This document shows positions 25,497-38,508 of a DNA stretch of 64,000 nucleotides, one piece after another. Source of the DNA: Massalongia carnosa (lineage: Eukaryota); assembly GCA_965645245.1 (NCBI GenBank), contig OZ287073.1:1116001-1180000 (forward strand), read 5' to 3'. Each line of letters opens with the position of its first letter. The first letter of the stretch is position 1. The notes beneath the pieces were generated by a model. The model worked only from the letters and a program-made list of their open reading frames with translations, was not told the origin of the DNA and searched no databases. The position numbers and the translations under genes are program-made.

Positions 25497-26702
25497 CTAG
25501 GACATGCTCATGGCTCCAGGCCGGTTATTTCTTCCCTCCGGATAGTATTCGCCGCCAGGGTGAAGAGGCTGCGGTTTCTACAGCAAGATTAGCAAACAAG
25601 ACTCTCAGACGTTAATTCATACCTTACATGACGTCTTATACATTTATTTAGCTCTGATCTATTTCACGACAAAGGGATACTGACATCAACTATCTTATTT
25701 CCTTCAACTTGTACTTCCCGATCTCGTAGTTGGCGCATCAACGAGAAGAAAGTGCTATTCTGGAATTTCTGGCTTTGGTCATGCTTTACATTGTTCAGCA
25801 GCTCACCAGCCGTTCTTGCAAGCTCATCGGCATCATTCGTCTGAGATTGTGCGCGTTCTTCCTTCGTGATGCGATTTTTTATTCTGTCTGATCCAACACG
25901 CTCAGTGAGAATTATGCCCTTGGTTCCTGGTATACTTATAAAGTCGTTTAAGGTTATATTAGCCTGAGCGGACACTTTTCCATACTCGGCTCTTTCTGCC
26001 CCCACGTCTAATTCAGATTGCCGCGATTCTTGGGTGACAGTTTCGAAAGCTCGATCTAGAGCTGCGCTCTCAACTAAACTCTCAACCCATTGATCCGGTA
26101 AGCTTTGCTGGGTTTCAAGAGTAGCTGATCTGGTAGATTGGTAAAAGGCGCTGTCGCTGGTAGTCTGAGGTGGAAACTGAAGATTTAGTCCATATTCTTG
26201 AAGTCGTAAGTCTTGGGCAGAAGCTGGTGCCGGTAGATGGTGAAATGAATCTAGCCAATCTCCCTCAAGATCACTAGAGAAAGGCGGTGATTCTTGAAAA
26301 CTCGATTGTAAGTATAACCTTGTAGGATTATCGGCTAGCTGTAGCTTTTGGAAATCATACGCCCAGTTTGTGACTTCAGGCTGAGCGAGCTCTGGTGACA
26401 ATGAATTCAAAGCTCCTTGAAAGTCGAGAGCCTCATGTGGTAAGAGCCCATTGACAACAGGGTCGCCCGACTGAAATGCCTCAAATTCCTCATCTAGAAC
26501 GGCTGTACCAGGGCCAAATGAAGAACGAAAGCCCTGTTTGATTGCGTATCAGCATAAACGTGCCGAACCTGACGAATTCTTGGTTTACCTGTGTAGGAGA
26601 AGCCCGAGAAGTGAGCCGGTCTTGTTGCAGCGTCCTATCGACAGATGTATGCTTCTGAAGGCTTTGAAATGAGCTGGAAGGACCACATAGAAGTTCTGCC
26701 AT
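25497..26702 (-). CDS. PEX20: PTS2 co-receptor peroxin Pex20 (multi-exon)
   Basis: N-terminal MAELLCGPSS...QKHTSVDRTLQQDRL with the conserved Cys. WAYDF (WxxxF). C-terminal DELARTAGELL...KFQNSTFFSLMRQLRDREV. Last exon KPQPLHPGGEYYPE ends at TAG 25499-25497. Confidence 0.85.
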
Positions 26703-26998
26703 GATCTAAGATTTTTTCTCTACAAGATAAATGCAGCAGAATAAACTTGACAAACAAAGGGAAAATGGTTGAGAATGAGACGATAGGTGATCACAAGACA
26801 AAGGGTGATCCAAGCCGAGGTTAACGGGCATTGCATAACATAATTTAGGTAGTCAGTCAGGTGACTAGCTGAGTTATCGGAGACCACATTTATCCAGTCC
26901 GTTTAGCCTTATCAGGCCTATCAAAATGACCCATGTACCTGAATGTGTAACTTTTTGTTCTCCAAACGTACGTAAGTTCCAATTCTCGAGACATTATA

Positions 26999-28375
26999 AT
27001 GGTGAGATTCTTAAACCATTGCTCCAAGCAAACCTCCCAATCTAAACTTCTCTTAGGCGCAAGTCATTACGAATTCCGGTCACGATGACATGATAGTACG
27101 CCAACTCCCGCAAACCCCCAAAAGATTCATGTCCTCTATATACAATGAAACTCCAAATGTACAGATGGATAGCTAACACCAACGTCCTCGCAACTAGCAC
27201 GATGCCGTCCTCGATTACTACGGCCGCCGCTTAGCGACTTGCTCCTCCGATAAAACTATCAAGATCTTCGAAGTCGAGGGCGAAACCCATAAACTAACGG
27301 AAACGCTGCGAGGGTAAGGAGATTGCCTCCCCTCGATAGTTGGCCTGGCGTGCATATCCATAAATACCGCAAACTCACATACATTCCCTCTCAGACACGA
27401 AGGTGCAGTCTGGTGCGTCTCATGGGTCCGCCTTCCCCTATCCTTATCTTACCACGCCCATCTTCCTTCTCTCTATCCACCTCACCCATCCCCCACCCCG
27501 CCTTCCCCCTTATATCCTCTTCAATCAGTATTACTGAAACTTCTCAGGCTCATCCCAAATACGGCAACATCCTCGCCTCTTCCAGCTATGATGGCAAGGT
27601 CCTCATCTGGCGTGAACAAGCCTCGCAATGGCAAAAAGTTGCCGACTTCGCCCTGCACTCGGCTTCCGTGAACCTGGTGTCGTGGGCCCCCCACGAATCC
27701 GGCTGCCTGCTCGCATGCGCCTCCTCCGATGGCAGCGTGAGCGTGCTTGAGTTCCGTGACGGCGGCTGGGAGCAACTGGTCTTCCCCGCACACGGGCTAG
27801 GCGTGAACGCGGTCAGTTGGGCGCCAGCCGCGGCGCCGGGAAGCTTGGTGAGCAGCAAGCCTGAGGCGGGTGCTAGGAGGAGGTTCGTGACGGGCGGGAG
27901 CGACAACTTAATTAAGATTTGGGATTGGAAGTGAGTCCTACCTCATTACTCCCCTTTATTAATTCATCTCCCCTTATTTCCTCGTCCTCAATCCCTCATC
28001 AAAAACCCAAAATCTAATCCCAACCCACCACGTCCTAGCCCCGACCAGAAAACCTACACCGCTACCCAAACCTTAACGGGCCACTCCGACTGGGTGCGTG
28101 ACGTAGCCTGGGCGCCCACCCTCCTTTCGAAATCTTATATCGCCTCCGCGTCCCAGGACAAAACAGTACGAATCTGGACCGCGGACGCCACGAAAACGGA
28201 GGGTGAACAGCAGCAATGGCGCAGTACGGTGCTGAACTTCGACGCCGTGCTCTGGCGCGTCAGCTGGAGCTTGAGTGGGAACGTGCTGGCGGTTTCGGGC
28301 GGGGACAACAAGGTGTCGCTATGGAAAGAGAATTTGAAGGGAGAGTGGGATTGTGTGAAGACTATTGAGGAGTAG
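26999..28375 (+). CDS. SEC13: COPII/nucleoporin WD40 protein Sec13 (multi-exon)
   Basis: ATG-only first exon (26999-27001, then GTGAG). [77 protein letters not shown]. Confidence 0.95.
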
Positions 28376-29091
28376 GAAGAGCTAGTTGGGTCCTTAGTCT
28401 TCGGGGGCCAGCATGGACGTAAAGGTATAGTATGGTTAGGTAGAGCAGCAAGAGGGTGAAAGAGGTCTTGGTGGAAGGGATATATGTGGAGGGGGTGTCC
28501 GGCCAGCTAGAAGCTTCACATTCAAAAAGTACACCGAATAGAAAAAAACTCGCATTCTCTCCGTCTCTTATCCGTTGCTAAAAGTTCGAACGTAGTGTAT
28601 GTAGGTAGCATAAGCGTTAGATCGAAATCCGAGAGCCCCACCACCGTAACGAAAAAAGGAAAGGAAAAAGAAAAAACCTCTCCATCTCGAAAGCGCCAGA
28701 CTTCTTCCAAGACGGCGGTCCTGGCACGCCAGCCGCTACCTTAGTACTTGGAAAGACGGTGCATGGAAACGCTCCCCCCAGCCTCCCTTACTCCAAACCT
28801 CTCGCCTTTGCGAAAAAGAAAAAGGAACAGAGTATCTAAAACACTCTGAGAAAAGCCCGAATTCTTAACAGGAGGGTGTGCAGTTCTGAAAGAACGAGTG
28901 GAAACCGCACATCCTCTCTCCCTCCCCTCTCAGGCACGTATGTAGAACGTCCTGCTTCCCAGCCTCACTTCCTCCAATGTACAAAAACCCCAGTTCACTA
29001 AACCTCCTTGAGGCGATACAGAAAGAAAACGAAAAGACTTCCACTTCTGCACCGGGATTATCGTATTTTAGCACTCCCTTCTAGATAAGTC

Positions 29092-30841
29092 TTACTTCTC
29101 AGCCGGCCCCACAATGCCGTTCTCATCCGGGACGTTCCAGAAAATGAACGGCCCGGTGGAAAGCCTCTCAGGTCCCTCTTCCAGCGGACTCCACCAGCGC
29201 CCGAGCATCATCATGCCGCCCGGCAAAACCACGCCCTCGTATGCCCAGCAGTCGTTAGTGAGGGAGTCGATCGCCATGCCGACCCCAGGGGCGGTAGCAT
29301 CGGAGTCACGCTGCATCATGGTGATGCGCTGCCAGCCGGGAATATCCTCTTGTGGAGGGATCGCATGGAGGATGCCGGCGCAGTGGAAGGGTTCGCGGTC
29401 CACGCCGGTACCAGAGAATTGAAGATAATCGCTAGCAGCTTTTGCTTCGCGGATTGCTGGTTTGAAGGGTTGGGAATTGGCGGGAAGCGAGGGATAAGAA
29501 AGTGGCGTGATGCTTGGGGCAGAAAGTAGTGAAACAGGAGTTATGAGAGATCCTGGAGTATATGGAGGAGATATTAGCAGAGCAGTGGGTGCCTGGCGTT
29601 TCTCAAAAGCGAGGGTTTCGTCCAAGGATATAAGCAGACTGGCTGAAGGCACACCATGGAGGTGTTCTTCAAAGAGGCCGGGCCAAGGCTCACAATTTGT
29701 AACTGTAAAGTCAAGGTCGAGCGTCTTAAAACCGTCTTCGTACTCAACAACATCTGTGAAGACATCCTCGCCTGTTTTTCCCTTGCGAATCGCTCGCATC
29801 TCGCGCGCATCGAGGTACGCTTAAAATGGCCAGACATATGTTAGCAGGATAGTGGCTTGGAAGGTCGTTTGTACTGCTCAAGCGACTTACCGTGGCATCC
29901 CAACCAAGTTTTCCCAATCCTCGTGGTATGCTGCTCCAGTTTATGCTGCCATATTCGAGGTCTCTCATTATTGTCAAGCTCCTGATACTGATTGAAAAGT
30001 GTTACTTCTCCCTCGCTGGTCAAGTGCCACTTGAAGAAGTTCGCAATGTGCAAGAGGAGTTCCAAATTCACCTTAGTCATCTGATTGTAAAATAGAGGAG
30101 CCCTGTTTGGATGGCTATAGACAGCTTTCTGGGATAACGGAAAAGCCCATATAGGATAGTCATTGGGGAACTTGAGAGACCATGGGGTGAAAATTAACTG
30201 AATGACTTGCAATAAGGAGTGCGTATTGACTTCACAGGTAGGCCAGGCGAATACATTTACGAGGATATCTGACTTTTTGATAAAGAATTCTAAGCATGTA
30301 AGGTTGTTCGAAATTAGCTTATCGAAAGAATCTCGACGACCGTTGATGAAGGATTCTAAATATGTAAGCCATACTCTAAAGATAGTAGAGAGCAATGAGA
30401 ATAGCCGCCAGGCCTTGCAACGACTTACCGACCACCAAGTCTCGAATCACCTTCATTACTTGTTTTTCACTAGGCTTCTGCCCCAAGCGAAAGGATGGAT
30501 TTTTGCGTAGCCTCTCACGACGCAGTTGGTATGCCGTCTTGAGGTCTATTGCTTTCATGCCCCGAGGCAAGTCGAAGCACAAGGCGAAGCGCTTACGCCA
30601 TACCCCGGTGCGGAAATGAAGCACGGCTTCATTGAGTTTTCGACAGACAAGGCCAAGTTGACAAAGATCATGATCGTCAGTCAGATTCAACGCGATGTCC
30701 TGGATGAGCTAATTGAAAGCAGGCTGTCAGACCACGAAAGGAATCTCTGAGGGTCTTGTAAAGGTTTGATGGAAAGAGGGATGATAGGAGGATCACATCA
30801 GACAATAGACTCACTTCAACCGGTAGTCTGACAAGCGCCAT
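29092..30841 (-). CDS. F-box domain protein (multi-exon)
   Basis: ATG 30841, MALVRLPVE|LIQDIALNL...DLCQLGLVCRKL (F-box). C-terminal IPGWQRITM...WAYEGVVLPGGMMMLGRWW...GPFIFW motif. Confidence 0.78.
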
Positions 30842-31599
30842 GATATGCTCCTGAGAAAATATAAAAGCACAGAGCCAAGAGAATGTAAAAGATCACCACC
30901 TCGTCGTTTGTGAAAGACAGAAACGTGCCAATGTATCTGCTCTAATCGGAGACGGCTGCGTGTGGGGTAAAGGCTGCGATACAAGCGTTCATACCGGATT
31001 GTGAACGGTCAAGAGCGTTAAGAAGTGAATCAACTGACCAGCTGGACCTTCGAACAGACACTCCAAGCGACAACAACACAGCGAGCACTGAGCGCGAAGT
31101 ATGACACCGTTAGAGCTTATGCCGAGAACTAAGTGATCGAAGAACCGCATTTTCTGAGACGCACATAAAGGAGGTATGAGATCGGAACAGCATCGATGAA
31201 AGATGCCCAGCGTCCGCCTGTCCATTTCTGAATAGGAAGAAATTTCTTGTCAGCAGCTTCGAAGAATAAGAAATTTTATTAGAATTATCTAGAGCAAGAA
31301 ACACTCAGCACGTTACTAAGTACTTCTGTGGGAGACGTTTTTTGTTCAGACCGGTTACACCACAGATAATTTCCCCGAGAGCTGCAACTTAGAAATTATC
31401 CAGCATTATTTCTTCCTTTACCTGGATCTGTAGGCAGAAGTAAGAGTAAGGGATAAGGGTATGGTTATAAAATCTTATTGTTCTCCTTGCAAAAGCAGTC
31501 TTATCACCTGGTCTCTGCTTAAATTATTAAGAGAACTAGATGATTTCTGCGAATGGGCCAGGAAAGAAACACAAAAGAATTACATAATAAGACCGCTAA

Positions 31600-33401
31600 T
31601 TAGCATCCAATGTAGCTAAGAACCGAAGCAATAAGTAGAACATTAAGGCCGTATGAGACCTTCTTTGCAGCGTTTCTTTTCGTTGAACTCGGAGCTGGAA
31701 GCACGCTGCTAGTAGGAGTTGCATTAATGACATTTGATGGTTGGTCTTTCACGACCACATATATTTCTCCGGTTGCATCAGAGCTAACGAATAGGCGGCC
31801 TTCGCTATCAAAGGCTATTCCAACGGGCCGAAGGCAATGTTTAGGGCAGACCGAATTGTCAGCGTTTGCCAAGATCTCGGTCGCTACGGTATTGTTCTGC
31901 GGCGTAGCGATCGGCTCCCCGTTTTCAAATGGTATTACCGACAGCTTATAGCCAACTGGACTAGTACGGTCCCTGGTCACCATTAGCGAATTAGGATATC
32001 AGTAACGTGTCTTGCCATATCAACGCCCTTCTCTTGTGTTTGCTGCAGATAGAAAACTATGACATTTGACTAAATATAAGATCGAGCAAGCCAAAAAAGA
32101 TAGAGACATATGACAGAGGTTATGAGTATTTGAGGAGAGATGCATAGGCATATCCCCCATAAAGCGAGGATGAACCAACGACTAGGTGGGGTTGGTGCGG
32201 TGGTCAATAAAAAAGCAAAGTACAGAAAGCGAGAAAAAGCGAAGAAGAAAGGAGAAGTTTCCTGTGTCTAGTAGGAAGAATCACGTACCAGCTGCCGTGA
32301 AAAGTGACCCATGCCTCTCTTGCACTGTTGTTGAAAGCAATGTCAAGTGGGGCCATGTGGGCTTGAAAGGTTAGCCTTGGTGGTATCAGTGTAGCGCAAA
32401 AGGTGTCGTTGATCTTATTATCCTGATCCCCAATGGCAAATTGGCTCCCAACGCTGAGTTTAGCATTTTCGGGGATATCGCCGGGCAACCAGGCAGCGAA
32501 ACAGTTTGGATATCCATAATTACTTCCTTGCGCAGCGTACTTGGTACCATTTAGGTATCCATGGAAGTTCATCTCTTCGCCAGGATTATTTTGATGAATA
32601 TTCTTGCCATCCCGGGTCAGCTCGTCAACCGAGTTCTCCACAGAATATATGCCACCGGTTTCTGGATGCTCGGCAAGTCCCACGGAATTTCGTAGACCCC
32701 AGCCCAGCCGGAGCCCATCCTTGGTAAAATCATATCCATTACTTGTGATATTGGTCAGATTAAAGGCTTTAATCTGACTATGACCTGTTGATAATTGCTT
32801 CGCCTTATCGTCAATGTTAGACGTGCTTCCTCGACTGATGACCAAAATACCGTCGACCTTCTGGGATAAAAGAAGGGTGCGTGTAGTATGATCATCGTTG
32901 TTCATACCGGCCACAAGCGTCGAGTTCGTCCCGCGTACTGAAGCGCTCTCGGGATCATAAGGCCAAGAAAAGGCCTCTGCTGACGATGAGGCATAAAGGG
33001 TTCTTCCATCTTTTGACAGAGCCAGGCCATGGTTCAGCTATAACCAGGTGAACATAGGGATCCGGCAAAACGAAGTGAATACCTACGTCATCGTTATTGA
33101 TCACATCCTTTTTTGACTTGACTCTTACACATGTGCCACCATTATCCTGAAGCACAAGATTCGTGATGCCAGCTCCCGCTTGAACCACCAAAAGATTCCC
33201 CAAGGTGTCAAAATGTATCGAGCGAGGTTTAGTAAGACCAGTGGCAACCAAAGCCACTCGGTAGCCTGAAGCTACAGACGGTTTCACGTTGTTGGTGGGA
33301 GTTAAGGAAGCAGGACAGCTGGATGTAGCTGAGGCGCTCAAGGCTGGAGATGCCAAAACACTCAGGATTACAGAAAGTAATATAATGCTACTTAGAGACA
33401 T
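31600..33401 (-). CDS. Secreted PQQ-dependent glucose/sorbosone dehydrogenase-like protein (AA12-like), probable GPI anchor
   Basis: Signal peptide MSLSSIILLSVIL. HTTRTLL, GWGLRNSVG, ENSVD, NNPGEEMN, FQAHMAPLDI, FHGSW|DR, RPVGIAFD...SSDATGE motifs. S/T-rich linker and hydrophobic C-terminus. Confidence 0.85.
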
Positions 33402-33660
33402 GAAAATGAAATGTTCTGAAACTTGATTCTAGGTAGAGATAACTAGTATACCTAGAAAAGATTTTTGGGGTGATCAAGGGATTTTCAGTATGCTCTCAAG
33501 GTAAAAGGACGAAATGCTGATGAATGAACATTAAGTTAGTATACTCTTTCACCTTCGTTGCTCAATGATCTGGCCAATGGTTTCAAGTTGGCCAACGAGC
33601 CAGGAGCTATGCCAGCGAATAGGTATGATACCGATTAGGAGGCGTGGAGGCTTCCATGTA

Positions 33661-34969
33661 CAAGGCACGCGGGGTGAAAAATTAATTGTCACAGTGCCGA
33701 GGTAAACCCACCCGAGAACCTCACCAAAAACACATCAAAAATAATCAAATTGCTTCATTTATTTACATTTAATACCCCGTTAATGCTCCATGACTATCAA
33801 TGACGGCTCTCAATCGATCAGGCATTGATCGAACTCGTTCATTAATGAATTCCTGAGAAACACGGTCCCAGCCCTCTCGAAGCAGCTGTTCTATAGTAGC
33901 ATCATCCAATGAGGATATTTACGAACATGCTGTTTAATTGGTAGCCAGCAATTTTCAATGGGAGCCAAATCAGGTGACGAAGAACAGTTGAAATAATGCT
34001 CCAAATGATGGTCCTCTTTCCATTTTTTGACAGCGTTTCTGGTTTTGCCCGTTCCATGCCCCGAATCGCCATCCTCCTCCAGAACGAAATCGTCACCTCT
34101 TTTCAGCCAAGGCTTGACGACTGGTTCCAGAATGGAATCGATATAGACCTGATGGGTCATCTTTCCATTATTATTTCCAGGAACATCATAAAAGACGAGC
34201 TGAGACTTCAAATTGTGTCCGATAGCAGCCCAACAATGCTTTCGTTTTCGGGATTTTTCCGGGGGAGGATCACGATGTTGTATGCAGTCCCATCGATATC
34301 GAGTACCGGGCTGTTGAATGATTCGAATTTGACCTTCAGGACCGTGTCCAAAATGCACTTCGTCACTGAATCGGACACGATTCCAGTCTTCTGGATTGGA
34401 ATATCTCATTAACATAACCTTCGAGTACTCTACTCTGCGGTCCATGGGTGGATCACTGAGCCATCCTTTCACACAGGCCATGCAATTTTCGTAATCGAGG
34501 GCCGACTGAAGAACATTTCGCATAGTTCGACCAACAACGTCAGCTCTTACCTCCATAGCTAACTGATCCCATGTGAGTCTTTTTCCCTCCAATCGTAGCT
34601 CATTATCTTGTAAAATATGGTCAGCTTCTCGTATTTGCACGCCCGTCACTTTGATTTTCGACCCCGAGTCTCATTTAAATCAGAATGATGTCGAGTTTGT
34701 GAAGAAACGCCTCTCTCGATCATTCGATAACCCGATCTCGCCTCCACACCGAATTCTTTGAAAATATCCTTCGGATCAACAGGAATACCTTTGGAAAGAA
34801 GAAACTGATAGGCTCCCTGAAATTTGGCCTTCTGAGGTGTGTCGTAGTGAGCATTATACGATTTGGGAGGCATGGTGTGAAATATTAAATGAATCGTTGA
34901 TGTAAATTTGTTGATATTTTGTAAACCTTGGCATTGTGACAGTTATTTTTTCACCCCCGCGTGCAAGTG
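33661..34969 (-). mobile_element. Tc1-like (IS630-Tc1-mariner) DNA transposon
   Basis: Imperfect ~45-bp TIRs (core GCACGCGGGG(G)TGAAAAA..TGTCACA.TGCC.AGGT). TA at 33659-60 and 34970-71. Confidence 0.85.
33769..34873 (-). pseudogene. Frameshifted Tc1-like transposase (DD38E spacing)
   Basis: RFSDE, LEEDGDSGHG, SPDLAPIE. Single-base frameshifts near 34649 and 33908; restoring them gives a C-terminus ...SMPDRLRAVIDSHGALTGY with TAA at 33771-33769. Confidence 0.8.
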
Positions 34970-35357
34970 TACCAGGACAAAAGTTTCCGCGTACTTTTAT
35001 CCATAAACTTAATTAATATAATTTCTTAGATCTATTACTACAGTTTATTAATCGTTCAAAAATATTGGACTTTCGCTTAAATTTTGCGGAGAAAATCATT
35101 ATTTCTAATTTGAAGGACTTTTTAAAATTATTTTAATTTTTAATTATTTGATGATTAATTGATCGATTAGTTTTACAGTGCACCCTGGCTATAACGATCT
35201 TGGTTATAACAATAATCTGGTTATAGCGATTTGACTTTGTGGAATCGGTTATTTTGTTAGACAAATAACGATAACTTCTTTGTTCCGATATCGTTAGCAC
35301 TTCTCGGATTTTTTTGGTGTGCATCGTTATAACCAGAATTATTTTTATCCAATCAAA

Positions 35358-37558
35358 ATGTCCTCGTCCACCTCAACATCAGCCAGTAATGGCCTCAGGG
35401 CCTCCATTTCACCTCCTCCACTTCGTAAAAGACGTCGCGCTATCACCGATGCGGAGCGAAAAGCTCTTCGTGATTACTATTTTGATGAATCAAATTGTCA
35501 TGAAATCGAACCAACCCGATCCAGAATCAATCCCGCAGATGAATCTGACTAAGCTCCCGTTCCTCTATTCAGCTTAGTCAGAATCTCATTAACTAAATCG
35601 AGTTTAGACCCCTCTCAACGGCTTCAGGTCAAAGCTGTACCATCACCATCAAAGCGTACCAACGACAGGAGAACCTCATCTCCACCTTTTATCGTCAAAC
35701 ACCTCGTCATACCTTCGTGCCGTACGTCTCCTAATAGGGGGAGATGAACACTGATCGAATCTTCATGCAAAGGGGTTCGAGACAAATATAAAAGGAAGGA
35801 CAAGTTAATTAGATAGTTGACTCCTTGTCCGACGTCTTGTATAGCAATCCATCACCTAGCTATAGCCTTATTAATAAAGACATCTTGATCACCCAATCCA
35901 ATTCCTAGGAACATTAGTTCAATCCCCTGCCCAGTCCTTGACACAAATGGTAGACCTCCCCATAAGCAACTTCGTCAGTTGTTCGAGCGGCAGTTTCATC
36001 ATTTTCCCTCTCAATCGACCATATCCGAGTCACTTTCTTCCACTTCGCTCACTTGGACAATAAGGTGCAGCGTTTAGAGGTCAGAAAAAACCGTGCAGCA
36101 CAATGGCCAGATCTCGAAGACGCTTTATTCGAGTGGCAGCAACGAATGATGCGAAAAGAAGCTACAATAACAGGAGAAATTCTTAAAGAGATAGCCGCTA
36201 TCTTTTGGAGTAAGCTTCCTCAATATGCTGACGAAGAACAGCCCAAATTCTCTACTGGCTGGCTGGATGGCTTCAAAAATCGACATCAGATCAGAAAATA
36301 TAGAAGACATGGCGAGGTCGGTGCTGTTGATAATGTAGTCGTAGAGACTGAGCTGAAGAATATACGTGAGCATCTCAAAGAATATGATAATCGCGATATT
36401 TTCAATATGGATGAGACAGGTCTTTTTTGGAAGATGAGCCCGGATGGTACGCTTGCCACTCAGCAAACACCTGGAGGTAAACACGAAAAAGCCAGAATAT
36501 CTGTCAATTTCGCTACAAATGTGACCGGCACGGACAAACTTCCTCCATGGTTCATTGGAAAGCCGCAAATCCTCGCTGTTTTGGACGATCTGGCATCAAC
36601 ATCCACAATTTCCGAATGGGCTGGCGTTTCAATCAAAAGGCCTAGATGACTGGACGAATTTTCAAAGAATATTTGCTTTGGTTTGATAATCGAATGACTG
36701 GACGCAAGGTAATTCTTTTGATAGATGGATTTTCAGCTCATAAAGCAGGTGATTCAGCTATAACACAATTTGATGAATTCATTCACTCACTGAGTTAACA
36801 GGCATCGATTTATTGTATGAAGAATTTCCCGCTGGCCTTACAAACACGAAAATCCTTTTCCTTCCTGCGAATGCAACCTCTCTGTGTCAACCTCTAGATC
36901 AAGGCATTATTCATGCCTGGAAAGCTCATTATCGAAGAAGATGGCTGCGTTACATTTGTTCTGAATACGAAAAAGACATTGATCCCACTAAAACAATGAA
37001 CGTTTTACAAGCTATTCGTTGAGGGATTGACGCATGGGAGCAGGACGCTACTGAGACAACAATCAATAATTGCTGGGTGAAATCTCGGGTGTTGAGTGCT
37101 AAATATGGTCCAATGAACAGAGAGGAGGTGGAGAATATGGGCTGGCATCAAGAGGTGAAGGAGGATAATTCTTCATATGACGCTGTCATTTCGAGTATGG
37201 CTCAACAAATGCATCATCTGGTTCATCAGGATAGAATCGCAAAGGCGATGTCTATTACTCAGTTTTTAAATCCACAAGAGGAGGATGTTTATGACACCGA
37301 GGAAGTCTTGATCGACGACATCGTCAATTCGTACAGCAGGGAGGAAAGAGCTTATGAGACCAATGAGGGGGATGTAATCATGCCTCGAATTCGTCATAAT
37401 GAGGCTATTTTGGCTCTACAAACTCTTCGTGTGTATGAGAACAGCAGGATGAAGGTGATAGTGAGCTCATTTCACGTATAAATCGACATGAAAGGGTTAT
37501 CAGGCAAAGGACCAAGCAGGGGCATAAACAAACCACAATTGATAGCTATTTTACATAG
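35358..37558 (+). pseudogene. Disrupted pogo-like transposase
   Basis: ATG 35358. CENP-B HTH (WPDLEDALFEW...FSTGWLDGFK), NMDETG, LIDGFSAH, QPLDQG. Probable intron 36749-36801. Interrupted by a solo LTR, frameshifts and a premature TGA at ~37020. Confidence 0.85.
35496..35943. mobile_element. Solo LTR (448 bp)
   Basis: TGTCA...TGACA termini. 5-bp TSD CAAAT at 35491-95 and 35944-48. TATAAAA and AATAAA inside. Its removal restores the pogo reading frame (DESN|GRPPH). Confidence 0.88.
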
Positions 37559-37687
37559 TAAATGGGGGGAATTCAAGCTTTCTTTGGGTATAACGATATT
37601 CTCCTTATACGATTTGACCTCATGGAAAATCAAAATCGTTATAGCCAGGGTGCACTGTAATATATTTAAATTATAAAAAAATCGCAC

Positions 37688-38508
37688 CACGCCGGGAGAG
37701 CTGAAACACATCTGGGCCAAAAGCCTACTGATCGACTCAAATATAGTTCAACCACCAAAGGCACACCCACCATGGTTCGAAGTCTACCCGGCGTGGCACC
37801 GCGAAGCTACCGTTGCGGCAACGGCCCGACACAAGCAGATGCAAACAATTAAAGCACGACAAATGAAGGTCTGGAACGACTCGTGGTGCGCATATTAAAA
37901 TCGCGTCATCGAACCCTCCATAGCACAATCAGTCCCACTGAGCAAAAAACGGCTGAAAATCCACACGCAGCTAAAAAAGGCAGCCGCACTGGCAAAATCG
38001 GGTTAGCTGACTTCCTCTACAAGCGACGGGTGCCCTTCCGTCACCTCACCGGCCTGCTCATGTGGCTGGCACAGACAAACTCCAGAACATGTAATCATGT
38101 TCTGCAGACTTGTTGGCAATAGAGAACAGATGTTTCGCGCCGCCGGCACGAGCGACTATCAGCAGCTGACCGAATCATCAAAAACTCTGAAGATACTAAC
38201 TGCTTGGCTAATGAAAACAGGCTTATTGAATCAGTTTTCATTAGCATCAACATTATTGTACAATCAACAGTGGTTGAACCTTCTTTCTTTCTTCTCTTTT
38301 CACAAGGCATTACAGTTCCCACACGTCTTTTGCACTGCGTCTCCCGCCCGACGTCGACCCGTAGTCACATCGGACGGGTATCATGGGATATGGTTTTTAC
38401 ACCTGTGAAAGGTTTTCCATGTAACATAACTTAGATAGCTTTGCCCGCATGGGCCGGCCTACGGCCGGTGTCATATCGGAGTATGAATACATCATCATCA
38501 TCATCAGC
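37688..38508 (+). mobile_element. 5'-truncated LINE (Tad1-like non-LTR retrotransposon 3' end)
   Basis: RTGKIGLADFL...CSCGWHRQTPEHVIMFC...WLMKTGLLNQFSLA (ORF2 C-terminal zinc knuckle). (CAT)n tail. 15-bp TSD ATAAAAAAATCGCAC at 37673-87 and 38509-23. Confidence 0.88.

Larger units (their letters stand above)
35176..37657 (+). mobile_element. pogo/Tigger-like (CENP-B type) DNA transposon
   Basis: Perfect 23-bp TIR CAGTGCACCCTGGCTATAACGAT. TA duplications at 35174-75 and 37658-59. Confidence 0.9.

Noticed and set aside
26999..27425. ATG-only first exon and ~30-nt micro-exon in SEC13
   Set aside because: Common architecture in fungal housekeeping genes.
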